Shown: positions 20,801 to 30,962, numbered from the stretch's first letter. The stretch: DNA of 64,000 nucleotides from Limnochordia bacterium (GCA_050951545.1 JBMNJG010000004.1:1-64000), one strand, 5' to 3'. The notes: generated by a model from the sequence alone, not told the origin. A program made the numbers and translations.

Positions 20801-22587
20801 TCAAGGCAACGTACGAGGCATCTGTGGAGGAGGCGTACACTGGCTATCTCCGCCAACGTGAGAACCGCGGGGAGTATGGGATGCAGAACTTCGGGGACAC
20901 CACTTTCGAGTGGGGATGGGGCCCATCCTACACCTTCTGGAGCAATCAGGAGTACGATCATCACTACGGATTTTTACTGCAGTATCTGCGAGCAGGTGAC
21001 ATGCGTTTCTGGCAGATTGGGGATCAAGCAGCCCGGCACTATCGGGATGTCGATGTGATCCATCATTCTTCTAACCCCTACTCTATGGGTGCTCCACGAT
21101 CGCATAATTCGAAGCATGTAGTCGAAAGCGGCTGGTACCCCGACCACAACTTAGGTGGGGTGGCGGTTCACCACGCCTGGGCAGAAGGACTCTGGCTTCA
21201 CTACTTGATCACTGGTGATGAGTTGACCCATGAAGCGGCCCGAGGAGCCAGTGATTGGTTCGCAGCGGAAGTCGAAAGAGATCGCTGGTATCGCGGCGGT
21301 GTCGAAAGAGGTCCTGGCTGGGCGTTGGTGGCGCTCATGGGCTCCTACCGGGCCACGAGCGACGAGAAGTATCTGCAAGCGGCGCGGGAAATAGCGAACG
21401 ACGTGTACCTGCGACAAGACCCGATTCGCGGTGTCTACTCGGTGCCAGTGGACGGTCGACCAAGCTATGAGGGCGGGCAGTCGTTTATGTCGGGCATCTT
21501 GGCCAGAGGCGTGGCGCGACTTTACGTAGAGACGGGAGATCCGCGGGCGGCGGTGGCGACTGCGCGCTTCTACGAGTGGCTGACGCGGGAGATGCGCGTG
21601 GATGCGACGCGCTTCATCTACAAACAGGCTCCCGGATGGCACAATCCCCATAGCACAGACCAGATCGCATCGTTACTAGCCTATGGGCTAGCCCTACATG
21701 ATCGCCGAGAGGACTGGCCCATGGTCATGCAAGCGGCCAACTTCAAAGCGAACTCCCGGAGTATGTCCTGGATGCCGGAGGCGCTGGCCATTCTTGAGCG
21801 GTTGTACGGCAGGTACGTGCCGCTGGAGATTATGCCGTCAGGGACCCAGCCCATCATGGTTGGACGAGAGGGTTTGGTCGAGACAACGCTCTCACTGGTG
21901 AGGCTGGAGGCGACAGAAGCCATCGAAGGATTGCTGGAGGCCACAGAGCCCCCTGCGGGCATCAGCATCTCGCCTGAGCGAGTGGAGTACCGGCTTGATG
22001 CTGGACAGACATCACTGTCTTTTCCGGTAACGGTTCATGTGGCGCCCACGGTTGCCCCACGGCGTTACACGCTCACTCTCAGCGATTCGATACGGGACGA
22101 GGTATCGGTGACGCTGCCCGTGAGCGTGCCCAGTTGGACGATTCTTGACACGTTCCGGGCTCCGGTGCCCAACACGTGGTTCGGTGAACTCTACTCGCGT
22201 CCAACCGAAGAGCAGTCGGCAGGCTGGGAGCATGTCTTGGTGGATGAGGTCGATCGTCTGCAACGTAGCGGTTCGGCAGAGGAGTATCTGCTGTATGAGA
22301 CGCCAGGCTTGTATGATTTCACGCTGACCGTCTACGCGCCACCGGCGGCGATGGCAAAGATGGAAGAGCTGATCGACATGACCATTGTGTCGGCAAGCGG
22401 AGACTGTGAGGAGATACCTTGGCAGATCGCTTGGGACGAAGGGGCGAGCGGCGAGTATGCCAAGGGTGTCATTACGCCTCGAGAGAGGTGCGTGCGCGCT
22501 GACGTGAAACTGAAGGTTATCGTGCGGGCAGGGGGCGGCCCTGACTGGCCGCAGTTCGAACGCTTGGACATTAGAGGCTGGCGCTAG
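17884..22587 (+). CDS. Large secreted exo-rhamnogalacturonan lyase-like (PcRGLX/YetA-like) multidomain protein
   Basis: PVSHGIPLAQG...VPVQARSLARWPDESVKW barrel domain, RHFWEQYPK, YGMQNFGD, WSNQEYD, DVDVIH. Confidence 0.72.
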   Translation: MSRLLKSRSLQCVWFAALALLLAMGPPQASAQERAVASVPNRVLFVGPGSSSQYIALQKLELDAEVTLAKEDELEHLNLFSYGTIFLSSFPNRDFLATEPTYSRLFQAIERGAVLVGFRSYGGGLSPSQDVWLPSPATKDGAYRVGEILKPEHPIFNQPHEITLETLTRVHSGVMYHPYVNLGEGWTPLVAGDDLMPFFRNETGVPPYDGQPHYGIMEYPYGKGRILLVQMIPDHQWINNDGGRYESVGRLFMENIVHYALASSCTVVRGELEIPAAYEEGGLGAVLSWVERPATAQMTLDLWQTGREGDFLIKWDDRDIVTIRHDDVPATAGNHAQLRRAFPLQREADGATLLTFYLADDYRGGMDRFFEGDRQVGEAANLKAGHRFVEIALDGEKIWEEDVLGPNPYPWPHRLRTVDVTEWVRDKDQVEVSIAVVDRQTTEDPFWTEVFVSRVAFLEGIPAIEGSGSVSIPADGQYLPAVKVTDAPGKRSRLALHRGGEGLLSLVLSADDLREHWAIGELVPLEAGERVTMMFDSDQAGTNEEGVHKAYLLPAAYLAGPDPELADVRSWFPSDALTERVVLRVKGPEGVNRVAPVSHGIPLAQGSLGADQLDRLRLTDAEGRPVPVQARSLARWPDESVKWVLLSFVGQPGDYVLQIEKEGQPSSTRRLVEVLGDHRFRVDTGRLRLVLDVSGAPKIAHAFIDGKALHVEGMDFGLAYADGRQLSLTDSQIEDARLLENGSERAVLWARGHYVLDNRPDLEFTLQWRFYRGQPLAWVDATFTNRLGRKVELKDIRFRVTGALGDILGVPAESGAQINRFPVPEPAEASGARWSLVQPNENGFGVYEGGQQTERGRRFPGWVTLQDSVPVDDITFFAGVRHFWEQYPKSLGVTESGLEFGLWAEETGQILEVADGFQKTHELVFGWLETDEVREAGALLFQPYVLAFDPEYLAGTRALGVVALPSTEEFPAFKATYEASVEEAYTGYLRQRENRGEYGMQNFGDTTFEWGWGPSYTFWSNQEYDHHYGFLLQYLRAGDMRFWQIGDQAARHYRDVDVIHHSSNPYSMGAPRSHNSKHVVESGWYPDHNLGGVAVHHAWAEGLWLHYLITGDELTHEAARGASDWFAAEVERDRWYRGGVERGPGWALVALMGSYRATSDEKYLQAAREIANDVYLRQDPIRGVYSVPVDGRPSYEGGQSFMSGILARGVARLYVETGDPRAAVATARFYEWLTREMRVDATRFIYKQAPGWHNPHSTDQIASLLAYGLALHDRREDWPMVMQAANFKANSRSMSWMPEALAILERLYGRYVPLEIMPSGTQPIMVGREGLVETTLSLVRLEATEAIEGLLEATEPPAGISISPERVEYRLDAGQTSLSFPVTVHVAPTVAPRRYTLTLSDSIRDEVSVTLPVSVPSWTILDTFRAPVPNTWFGELYSRPTEEQSAGWEHVLVDEVDRLQRSGSAEEYLLYETPGLYDFTLTVYAPPAAMAKMEELIDMTIVSASGDCEEIPWQIAWDEGASGEYAKGVITPRERCVRADVKLKVIVRAGGGPDWPQFERLDIRGWR

Positions 22588-22600
22588 TACACTGCACACG

Positions 22601-22628
22601 GCAGGCCTTGGATTAATCCAGGGCCTGC
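22601..22628. terminator. Near-perfect hairpin after the lyase gene
   Basis: GCAGGCCTTGGAT-TA-ATCCAGGGCCTGC; no U-tract. Confidence 0.45.
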
Positions 22629-22853
22629 TGTCGCAGAAGGTGTCTACACTCAGACGGCCCTGTCCCATGCTTCATTTCGACTCCGGACCTGGCAAGGTAC
22701 GGGTGGGCTGAGTAAAAGGGAGATCTCTGAGCAGGAAAACGGCATACTGTCGCCAAAGGGTCGCCGAATTGTGCCACGGGAGGAAGTATGCGCGTTATAG
22801 CGTAATATTCCATAATGCGACTGTGTCCAGCATGCCACTGGCGGTGAGCACTT

Positions 22854-23801
22854 ATGAGATGTGAGACAGCAGCGGTCTTTGGTGGAAGTGGAAAAATAGG
22901 CAGACGTGTGGTGAGTTGGCTAGCAAACCAGGGGGTGAGAACTCGAGTTCTGCAGCACAAGACACCGATCCCGGGCACTGCGATTGAACGGGTGCCAGGC
23001 AGTGTCACCGATGCAGAGGCTGTGCGGGAGGTGATTCGAGGCTGTGACATCGTGGTGCATCTGGCCACGGCAAAAGAGGACAAAGAGACCTTCTTTGATG
23101 TTGGCCTGCGCGGCACGTTCCACGTTCTCGAGGCCTGCCGGGAAGAGGGTGTTCAGCAGCTGATCCTTCTTGGCGGCGATGCTGCCTTCGGCATCTGGTT
23201 TTACCCACAACCGATCCCCATCGATGAAAACCACCCCTACATGGCCTATCCCGGATACTATGCCTTCACCAAAGTCATCGAAGAGGCGATGGCCCGGCAG
23301 TACACCGTTCAGTATGGCCTACCAGTGACGGTTTTGCGATCATCGTGGGTCTTTACGGACGATGATATTCTTAGACACTTCTCGCTGCTTGAGAATCTCA
23401 ATCCCGCAGAAGAGGGCCACGGTTTCGGTGATGTCCCGCAGAATGTATGGGATCTCGTGTCTGAGCAGCAGGAACGCATACCTATTCTGACGGATGCGAC
23501 TGGCACGCCGTTGCGCCGACACATCGTGCACATCGACGATCTCATGCGGGCCTTCAGCAGAGCGTTTGGCAACTCTGCGGCTCTCAACACCTCGTTTAAC
23601 ATCGCGGGGCCTGCTCCCTTCAGTTACGACGTCGCTGCTCGCTATCTTTCGGAGAAGGTGGGCATCCCGACCATAGAACTCAACACGCCAGATTACCATT
23701 CATTTGAGATCAACATCACCCGAGCCCGCTCAGTGCTTGGCTACGCACCCGACAATGACATCTTTCGCATGATCGATCGTGCCCTGGCATGGCGCAGCTA
23801 G
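22854..23801 (+). CDS. NAD-dependent epimerase/dehydratase
   Basis: GGSGKIG, VVHLA, YAFTK (YxxxK), FNIAG. Confidence 0.88.
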   Translation: MRCETAAVFGGSGKIGRRVVSWLANQGVRTRVLQHKTPIPGTAIERVPGSVTDAEAVREVIRGCDIVVHLATAKEDKETFFDVGLRGTFHVLEACREEGVQQLILLGGDAAFGIWFYPQPIPIDENHPYMAYPGYYAFTKVIEEAMARQYTVQYGLPVTVLRSSWVFTDDDILRHFSLLENLNPAEEGHGFGDVPQNVWDLVSEQQERIPILTDATGTPLRRHIVHIDDLMRAFSRAFGNSAALNTSFNIAGPAPFSYDVAARYLSEKVGIPTIELNTPDYHSFEINITRARSVLGYAPDNDIFRMIDRALAWRS

Positions 23802-23912
23802 ACGACGCCCGGGTACCGGGGGGGAGTACGCGAGCCGCCGATATGCCCGCATAGCGTAACACAATCTTCAGGGGAGGAGACCTCCTGAAGGATCACGGAG
23901 GGGGTTGCAGGC

Positions 23913-24266
23913 ATGAGCAGAGAGTTTGATCACGTGGGGCTTCCTACCGACGACGTACAACCCAACGAGATGTATGTTGCAGAGACCAAGGTGTGGGTAA
24001 CCGACCCGGCGACACACCCATACAAGGTGGAGTTCCTGCGCTACGAAGAGGATAGTCCTGTAAAAGGGCCAGTCAGGGAGTTACCGCATATGGCCTTTCG
24101 CGTGGATGATCTAGAGCAGGCGATGGCTGGGTGCGAGGTGTTGCTCGGTCCCTTCTATGCTACAGCGACCATGCGTGTCGTCTTTGTGCTTAGCGATGGT
24201 GCCGTCTTCGAGTTTATGGCGAGTTCAGAGGCGGGTCATTGGTTCACGCCCGGAAAAGGGGAATGA
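23913..24266 (+). CDS. Small VOC/glyoxalase-like protein
   Basis: FDHVGLP, VEFL, PHMAFRVDDL, VFEFM give the H/E/H/E pattern. Confidence 0.65.
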   Translation: MSREFDHVGLPTDDVQPNEMYVAETKVWVTDPATHPYKVEFLRYEEDSPVKGPVRELPHMAFRVDDLEQAMAGCEVLLGPFYATATMRVVFVLSDGAVFEFMASSEAGHWFTPGKGE

Positions 24267-25039
24267 GCGTGTCTATTGCTGGAAAGATCATTCTGGTCAC
24301 CGGCGGGACATCAGGGATCGGTGAAGGATGCACGCGCTACTTCTCCGAAATCGGCGCCTCTGTGATCTCAGCGTCGAATCAGCGTGAGCGAGGTCAGGCG
24401 CTGGAGGCCGAACTGAGGGCAGAGGGACGCGACGTCACCTTTATCTATGCTGAATTGACCAACGAGCAGAGCGTGCGGCAGCTTGTTGAGGAGGCCGTGG
24501 CGTGCTACGGGCGCGTCGACGGTCTGCACTATAACGCAGGGGTATGGCGCGGCGGACGCGTCAACGACTTCACCGAAGCCGACTGGGACTTTGTGATGGG
24601 GGTCAATGTCAAGGGGGCCTTTACCACACTCAAATACGTAGTACCAGTGATGGAGCAGCAGGGGCAGGGCGTCGTCGTCATTACGACCTCTGTAGCGGCG
24701 TTCGTTGGATTCCCAGAACATGCCCTGTACTGCGCCTCCAAGGGCGCTCTAGACGCACTCATTCGCGCCTTGGCCACTGACCATGCCGGAGCTATCCGGG
24801 TGGTGGGGGTGTGCCCGGGCACCATAGATACTCCAATGCTGGCGGCCAGTTCGAGCGGTTGGGAGCAGTCTCTGGAGGAGTTATACGCGGACGTTAGGAC
24901 GAGGATCCCTGTTCGTCGCCTGGGCCAGCCACTGGATGTGGCGCGGGCCGCCGCCTTTCTACTGAGTGACGAGGCCGGTTACATCAACGGGACGTCGCTT
25001 GTTCTCGACGGTGGCACGATGGCTTTGCCCCCCTGGTAG
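24263..25039 (+). CDS. SDR family oxidoreductase
   Basis: TGGTSGIG, YNAG, YCASK, CPGTIDTPM, LDGG; ATGA overlap with upstream gene. Confidence 0.92.
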   Translation: MSVSIAGKIILVTGGTSGIGEGCTRYFSEIGASVISASNQRERGQALEAELRAEGRDVTFIYAELTNEQSVRQLVEEAVACYGRVDGLHYNAGVWRGGRVNDFTEADWDFVMGVNVKGAFTTLKYVVPVMEQQGQGVVVITTSVAAFVGFPEHALYCASKGALDALIRALATDHAGAIRVVGVCPGTIDTPMLAASSSGWEQSLEELYADVRTRIPVRRLGQPLDVARAAAFLLSDEAGYINGTSLVLDGGTMALPPW

Positions 25040-25061
25040 AGACCAAGAAGGAGGGTCCAAC

Positions 25062-26084
25062 ATGCGCAAGATCCGCTACGCGGTTGTCGGCTTGGGTTGG
25101 TTTGGCGAAAAGCACTGTGAGGCGCTGGCTGGTCTACCGAACGTCGAATTGCACGCACTGTGCACCCGGACGCCATCTCGTCTGAAGGAACTCGCTACGG
25201 AGTTTGGTGTGGAAAAAACATATACGGATTACCGCGAGTGCTTTGCGGATCCTGAGGTCGAAGCGGTTAGCATTGTCACTATGTGGGACCAGCATGCTGC
25301 CCCTGCACTGGCCGCTATCGAGGCTGGTAAGCATGTTTTTCTGGAAAAGCCTATGGCTTCTACGGTAGCTGAATGTGCGGCGATTACCCGAGCAGCCTTG
25401 GCGTCAGAGAAGGCCTTCATGGTCGGTCACATCTGCCGCTTCAACCCACGCTATGCTGCAGCTAAGCGGGAGATCGACGCGGGCAGTATTGGCAGGATTG
25501 TCTCCATCTATGCGCGCCGCAATATCCCAGCATCCGTAGGTGAGCAGGTATTGCCTAAGATCGGGCCGATCATAGGTGACGGCGTCCACGACACAGATCT
25601 CATGTTGTGGTATACAGGCGCTAACATCGAGACGGCCTACGCCCAGACCATCAGTGTACGCGGCCTGAAATACCCCGACATCGGCTGGACCATGTATCGC
25701 TTTGACTCGGGTGCGGTAGGTGTATGTGAGAACGTCTGGTTCTTGCCGGACAAGACAGCCTTCCAGATTGACGAGCGCATGGAGATCATAGGGACCGCAG
25801 GCGCTATCCACATTCACGAGACGCACCCCAACTTCTCTGTTGTAGACAAGGATGGCTGGCGTTGTCCGGATACTACTTACTGGCCCGAGCTGCATGGCGT
25901 GCGAGCTGGCGCCTTGCGCACTGAGCTAGATTACTTCGTGACCTGTGTCTTGGAAAACAGGAAGCCGACCATTATCAGCCCAGAAGAATCCAGGCGGGCG
26001 GTGCAGGCGTGTCTGGCCGCCGAGAGGTCGGCGCGCGAGAACCGGGTTGTCCGGTATGACGAGATGAGCGAGGGCTCGGCGTGA
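25062..26084 (+). CDS. Gfo/Idh/MocA family oxidoreductase
   Basis: VGLGWFG, GKHVFLEKP, RFNP, DGVHDTD; AAGGAGG RBS. Confidence 0.92.
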   Translation: MRKIRYAVVGLGWFGEKHCEALAGLPNVELHALCTRTPSRLKELATEFGVEKTYTDYRECFADPEVEAVSIVTMWDQHAAPALAAIEAGKHVFLEKPMASTVAECAAITRAALASEKAFMVGHICRFNPRYAAAKREIDAGSIGRIVSIYARRNIPASVGEQVLPKIGPIIGDGVHDTDLMLWYTGANIETAYAQTISVRGLKYPDIGWTMYRFDSGAVGVCENVWFLPDKTAFQIDERMEIIGTAGAIHIHETHPNFSVVDKDGWRCPDTTYWPELHGVRAGALRTELDYFVTCVLENRKPTIISPEESRRAVQACLAAERSARENRVVRYDEMSEGSA

Positions 26085-26139
26085 GGTCTCGTGCATAGTT
26101 CAGGTTACTGCGGGAGGGGGCACAACGCCTCCTCCTTCC

Positions 26140-26330
26140 TCATTCGAAGTTCCTGTGAGCCCGATCTGTGCCTATCCGGTACAGTTCTCCCACACCAAAC
26201 TCGGGTACGAGCAGCTGCGCCAATGCGAGCGCCTCCCTTTGAGCCCGTTGCTGGCGCAGAGTCTGTTGCTCGGCCAACAGCTCGGGCCTGCCGCCTTCGA
26301 TGGTGTTTGCCTGGTCTTCGGTCAGCGGAG
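26140..26330 (-). pseudogene. Possible minimal nucleotidyltransferase (MNT antitoxin) remnant
   Basis: RQQRAQREALALAQLLVPEFGVGELYRIGT resembles an MNT N-terminus; the DxD motif is missing. Confidence 0.4.
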
Positions 26331-26681
26331 GCTTAGGGGGCCTTGACTCGTCAGTCGCCCCGAGCCGGCGTCGCCAACTTCGTCTAGAGGGAAAGTACAC
26401 TCCGTGCCAACCCACAGTCTACAGAGTGAGCCTGAGTATCCCTGGAGCTCAAAAGGAAAAGAGCAGGCCGTGAGGAAGAAAGCGGGGACAGTCTGGGGGT
26501 TCGGATACTGAGGCAGGCTCTGTCCGCGGGGGCTCTTCATATGGAAAGTATCCTAACTTAGCATCTCAGCGAGTCAGGGTTCATGTCGAGATGCAATCTG
26601 GAAGGAGTTCAAGGGAGGGCATAGGTGAGGTTCTGCGATGGTCGGACGCGCGTATCACGAAAAATCATAAATCATGGAGGC

Positions 26682-27977
26682 ATGGCATTGGCTACCCTAC
26701 AACGCGGTTGGTGTAGACACTGTTCAGGGGTTGCTTTGTGGTTGGTCTTGACGCTGTTGCTTGCAGGTAGCGTGTGTTCCACGGCAAAGACGACGCTGCA
26801 GGTGATGGACTGGAAGCTGCACCAGACGGCCGCAACACAGGCCTGGTTCCAGCAGGTGAAGGAGACCTTTGAGGAAGAGCATCCAGGAGTCGAGATTGAG
26901 TATGTGCCTGCGGCCTATGGTACAGCATACCGCGAGAAGCTGCTGGTCGGTGCTGCCGCAGGAACCGCACCTGATGCGGTCTCGCTATCGATCGTCTGGG
27001 CTCGCGAGCTGTGGGATGCCGGCGTCTTGCTCAATCTCAACCCGTTTATCGAGAAGACTCCTGAGCTGCACCCAAGAAACTTCATTCCAGCCACTCAGGT
27101 GTACAATCAGGTAGATGGCGATGTCTACGGGATCACCAACGCGATGGACGAAGCTCTGCTCTTATACAACTGTGATTTCTTCGAACAGTCGGGGTTGAGC
27201 ACTGACCCCTACGCTATGCAGTCATGGGACGATCTGAAAGCATCCTTGCGCAAGCTGGTTCAAGCCGATAGTTCTGGTACGATCACCCGTCACGGGTTGA
27301 GTATGGGCATGGGGGCACAGGAGTTCACCGCTTGGCTGACAGCGAACGGTGGCTCTTTCTACCTAGAGCCGCCCATTCGTTCTGGGTTCAACTCCAAAGA
27401 GGGGCTTGAGTCTGCGGAGTTTCTTGTCAGTTTGCAGCAGAGCAGACTGCTGGGAGGCAATTTCTCACAGCGTAGCGCAGCTATGGGCTACGGCCTCAAC
27501 TCTACCCCCTATCATCTGAACAGGGACGCACCTGACCTCAACTTTCTGGTAACTAGCTTCCCAAAAGGCCCTTCTGGTAGCCACCGGGGTTCCACAGTAT
27601 GGGGTAACATGTACTCTATCACTGAGGGCAGTAGCCACCCCGAACTGGCCTGGGAGTTTATCAAGTACTATGGCAGTTTGCGTGGCAACATCGATATTTT
27701 CAATGCCCTTGATTACGTCACTTCACCCCGACTTGATTTCTATCGCTCCCGGGAGTGGGTCACCGCTCGCATGCGACAGCCATGGATGCCGATTATCCCG
27801 GAGATCGCTAGCGTAGGCGGCGTATACCCCTTCTTAGCGTCCACTGAGCTCACACGTCAGGTGTGGAATCCACTCGCTCGGCCCGCCCTGATGGGAACCC
27901 TACCCATTCAGAGCGCTTTCGCCCAGGCGGCTGAGATATACGACCGACTTCTTCGCGAAATGAGTGCGAGCAAGTAG
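26682..27977 (+). CDS. Family-1 extracellular solute-binding protein (sugar ABC type)
   Basis: Signal peptide, FEEEHPGVEIE, AAGTAPD, LLYNCDFF, HPELAWEFIKY. Confidence 0.88.
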   Translation: MALATLQRGWCRHCSGVALWLVLTLLLAGSVCSTAKTTLQVMDWKLHQTAATQAWFQQVKETFEEEHPGVEIEYVPAAYGTAYREKLLVGAAAGTAPDAVSLSIVWARELWDAGVLLNLNPFIEKTPELHPRNFIPATQVYNQVDGDVYGITNAMDEALLLYNCDFFEQSGLSTDPYAMQSWDDLKASLRKLVQADSSGTITRHGLSMGMGAQEFTAWLTANGGSFYLEPPIRSGFNSKEGLESAEFLVSLQQSRLLGGNFSQRSAAMGYGLNSTPYHLNRDAPDLNFLVTSFPKGPSGSHRGSTVWGNMYSITEGSSHPELAWEFIKYYGSLRGNIDIFNALDYVTSPRLDFYRSREWVTARMRQPWMPIIPEIASVGGVYPFLASTELTRQVWNPLARPALMGTLPIQSAFAQAAEIYDRLLREMSASK

Positions 27978-28052
27978 CGGTTGAGCGCGCCTGGCGACAG
28001 GGCCTCAGGTGCCGATGTGGGCCAGGCGCTAGATTGTTTGAGGAGGCTGGGT

Positions 28053-30911
28053 ATGCGTACAAGGTCGTTACGATTGCTTGGCATCAGGCTGTGGTATGTG
28101 CTGCTCTTGATCGCCTTGCTGTACCCGAGCATGAGCCTAGCTGCGGAGCTGCGGGCCACCCGCGGGGAAGTTGTGCCGGCGATGCTTAACCCCAATCTGT
28201 TGCCCAACGGAGACTTTGACCAGGGCCTCAGGGGATGGACCCTGGAGGGCGACGCCAGTGCTGAGGTTGTTCAGACAGAGGCGGGACTCGTTTTGAAGAT
28301 CGAAAAGTGTGGCGGTGACGCAGTGCGTCTGATCTCTGATCGTCTGCCAGCGCGCCCTCGTGCCACCTACCAGCTGACTGGACTCTATAGCACCCAGAAT
28401 GCATCGTTTGGAAACATGGCAGAGTTCACGTTGGTGACGATCTCCAACCCGAACCAGCCCGAAGACCGAGACGTGCCCGCATGGCGTCCCTCATACTCTG
28501 GGCTTCTGGCGCACCGTAGTATGTTTAACTCGCCACTCGATGACTGGCGACGCAAGACCCGTAGCTTCACTGTCTCTGATCAGGCGCAGTTCGTGCGACT
28601 AGTATTCACGCTCGAGGGCCCCTCGGTCATTATGCTTTTGGATGATCTGTACCTGTCGGAGCCCAAAGAAGGCAGTCGTTTCTGGATGCAGCCTGCCAGT
28701 GAGGTGCCAACGAGTATCGCAGGACTGCGAGAGATGATGGTTGGTGGTCGGCGCAAGCTAGACGAACGGGCGGATTCGACGGCCATCGTGCGTACGGAGA
28801 ACGGCATTCCCACGCTTCATGTAGACGGGAAGCCCACAGTGCCTCAGATTCACATGGGTGATGTGGCCAGTCCTGCGCGCAGTTACTTCAAAGAGTTCGG
28901 TGAGCACAGCCTGAATGTCCACATCGTACCTCTATTTAACCAGACTCGTCGTCACTGGTATGGATACCAGAAGTACAACTTCGAGCAAGTGGACAGCATT
29001 CTCTGGGATGCGGTACTGCGGGATCCCGAAGGGTACTTCATCGTCAACATCAACATACTGCCCTACCCCACGTGGCACGAGGACTTCCCGGAGGATGCAG
29101 CTCAGAATAGTGCGGGCGAGTACACCACGTCGCGCCATGACCGTTACGCTCCGCCGGATTACTGGTCTGATGAGTACCGCCAGCAGGTGTATCATCTGAT
29201 CGAGGCCTACGTCAAGCACATCAGTGCTCAGCCTTACGGAAAAGCGGTCATCGGCTACTTTCTCACAGGTGGGGAAGACGGCCAGTTTTACTGGCAGGTC
29301 TCGAGTGGACAGAAGACCATACAAGACGGGAATGCTCCTGGCTCTCTGCCCCTTTTCCAGCGTTGGATACAGCGGCGCTATCCCACAGAGGAAGGATTGC
29401 GGCAGGCCTGGAATGATCCGACTCTCACCTATGAAAGCGTGCGACCACCGATCAGGAACGAGAAGTACCAAGGTACGTTCTTAGATCCTCAGAAGAACCG
29501 TAAGGAAGTCGATTTCCTCAATTATCTGAACGAAGAGCTGGCCAGCTTCCTGTTGGAGATGGCTCGCATCATCAAGGAGACCTCACCCAAAGAGGTCATC
29601 GTGGGTGCCTACTACGGACGGGGTGCAAGCCTCCTCGTCTATCCCTTGCATGCCCAGACTAGCGTCATGCTGCGTTCCGATCTTCTCGACTTCATGGGAG
29701 CTCAGCCAGGTTACTATGGCTGGCGAGATGCAGGTAGCGAAGGTCATATCAACTGGGTCTTCGATTCGGTGCGCACCCATGGCAAGATCATGATGTCCGA
29801 ATTCGATTTCCGCACGTGGAAAAGCCAGTTCAAGAGTCTGGACCATGACTTCAGCGTAGCGAGATACTGGAATATGGAAGACTTCCGGGGAGCAGCTGCG
29901 CGCGATCTGGGTAAGCTGCTTTCCATCAGCGGTGGAGCTTGGTGGATGGAGATGACTGGCGGCTGGTTCCATGACGATGAGATCATGGCCGAGATCGGCA
30001 AGTTGCACGACATCAGCCAGGAACTCTACGAAAAGGAGCATACCATCAGCCCAGCCGAAATACTCTTTGTCGCCGATGAAGAGAGCTACTTCTGGACTAC
30101 GGAGCAGATCAACAGCTACAACGGAGCCAATCTGCATAGCCTCAACACACAACAGCGGGCGATCAATCGCGCGGGAGTGCGCTACGACCTATGCTACTGG
30201 CCTGATCTGCTGGAGAAAGAAATGGATGACTACAAGGTCTATGTCTTTCTTAACATGTACTACCTCACGGAGGAGAAACGGGAGTTCATTGAGACACGTC
30301 TCAAGAGAGATGGCAAGGTTCTGCTATGGCAGTATGCCCCCGGATATGTCACCCCGGCAGGGCTCTCCCTGGAATCGATGGCCGAGTTGACCGATATACT
30401 GCTGAAGAGTGATTCGCACAGTCTCAAGTCACGTTTCGTGGACGCTGGGGATGCACACGAGGCTATCGTGGAGGGTCTGTTGCAGGGCGTGGAGGGGCAG
30501 ACAGTGGGGCTGGGTCTGGTGCCAGCGATGCAGCGCTTCTATGTGGACGATTCCACGGCCCAGGTCTTAGCGCGCTACGACGATGGCCGGGTGGCCGCCG
30601 CAGTGAAGCAAACAGGCAGCTACACGAGCATCTACCTCGGTCATCCTTCAGGACTGACGCCGCAGTTTATCGCCAACGTGGCCGCCCAGGCTGGTGTGCA
30701 CACGTACGTCGAGCCCGGCGACATGTTCATGTACCATCGGGACGATTTCATCGTTATGCATGGAGTAGAAGGGGGTCAGCGCCTGCTACGGTTGCCCTTT
30801 GAGGCCCGGGTTACGGAACTCCTAGGGGGGAAGGTGTTGGCCGAACACGCTTCTGAGATTCCGCTTGAGATCCAGGCCACGCAGACACTCTGGTTGAAGA
30901 TCGAGCGCTAG
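28053..30911 (+). CDS. Secreted beta-galactosidase-like (GH42-related) glycoside hydrolase with N-terminal CBM
   Basis: AGGAGG RBS, NLLPNGDF, GGEDGQF, FQRWIQRRY...LRQAWND, SEFDFRT, trimerisation-like C-terminus. Confidence 0.68.
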   Translation: MRTRSLRLLGIRLWYVLLLIALLYPSMSLAAELRATRGEVVPAMLNPNLLPNGDFDQGLRGWTLEGDASAEVVQTEAGLVLKIEKCGGDAVRLISDRLPARPRATYQLTGLYSTQNASFGNMAEFTLVTISNPNQPEDRDVPAWRPSYSGLLAHRSMFNSPLDDWRRKTRSFTVSDQAQFVRLVFTLEGPSVIMLLDDLYLSEPKEGSRFWMQPASEVPTSIAGLREMMVGGRRKLDERADSTAIVRTENGIPTLHVDGKPTVPQIHMGDVASPARSYFKEFGEHSLNVHIVPLFNQTRRHWYGYQKYNFEQVDSILWDAVLRDPEGYFIVNINILPYPTWHEDFPEDAAQNSAGEYTTSRHDRYAPPDYWSDEYRQQVYHLIEAYVKHISAQPYGKAVIGYFLTGGEDGQFYWQVSSGQKTIQDGNAPGSLPLFQRWIQRRYPTEEGLRQAWNDPTLTYESVRPPIRNEKYQGTFLDPQKNRKEVDFLNYLNEELASFLLEMARIIKETSPKEVIVGAYYGRGASLLVYPLHAQTSVMLRSDLLDFMGAQPGYYGWRDAGSEGHINWVFDSVRTHGKIMMSEFDFRTWKSQFKSLDHDFSVARYWNMEDFRGAAARDLGKLLSISGGAWWMEMTGGWFHDDEIMAEIGKLHDISQELYEKEHTISPAEILFVADEESYFWTTEQINSYNGANLHSLNTQQRAINRAGVRYDLCYWPDLLEKEMDDYKVYVFLNMYYLTEEKREFIETRLKRDGKVLLWQYAPGYVTPAGLSLESMAELTDILLKSDSHSLKSRFVDAGDAHEAIVEGLLQGVEGQTVGLGLVPAMQRFYVDDSTAQVLARYDDGRVAAAVKQTGSYTSIYLGHPSGLTPQFIANVAAQAGVHTYVEPGDMFMYHRDDFIVMHGVEGGQRLLRLPFEARVTELLGGKVLAEHASEIPLEIQATQTLWLKIER

Positions 30912-30925
30912 AGGGGAAACGAAGG

Positions 30926-30962
30926 AAAGGGACCATCGCCAACGAGTGTGATGGTCCCTTTT
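30926..30962 (+). terminator. Rho-independent terminator
   Basis: AAAGGGACCATCGC...GTGATGGTCCCTTTT. Confidence 0.7.
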
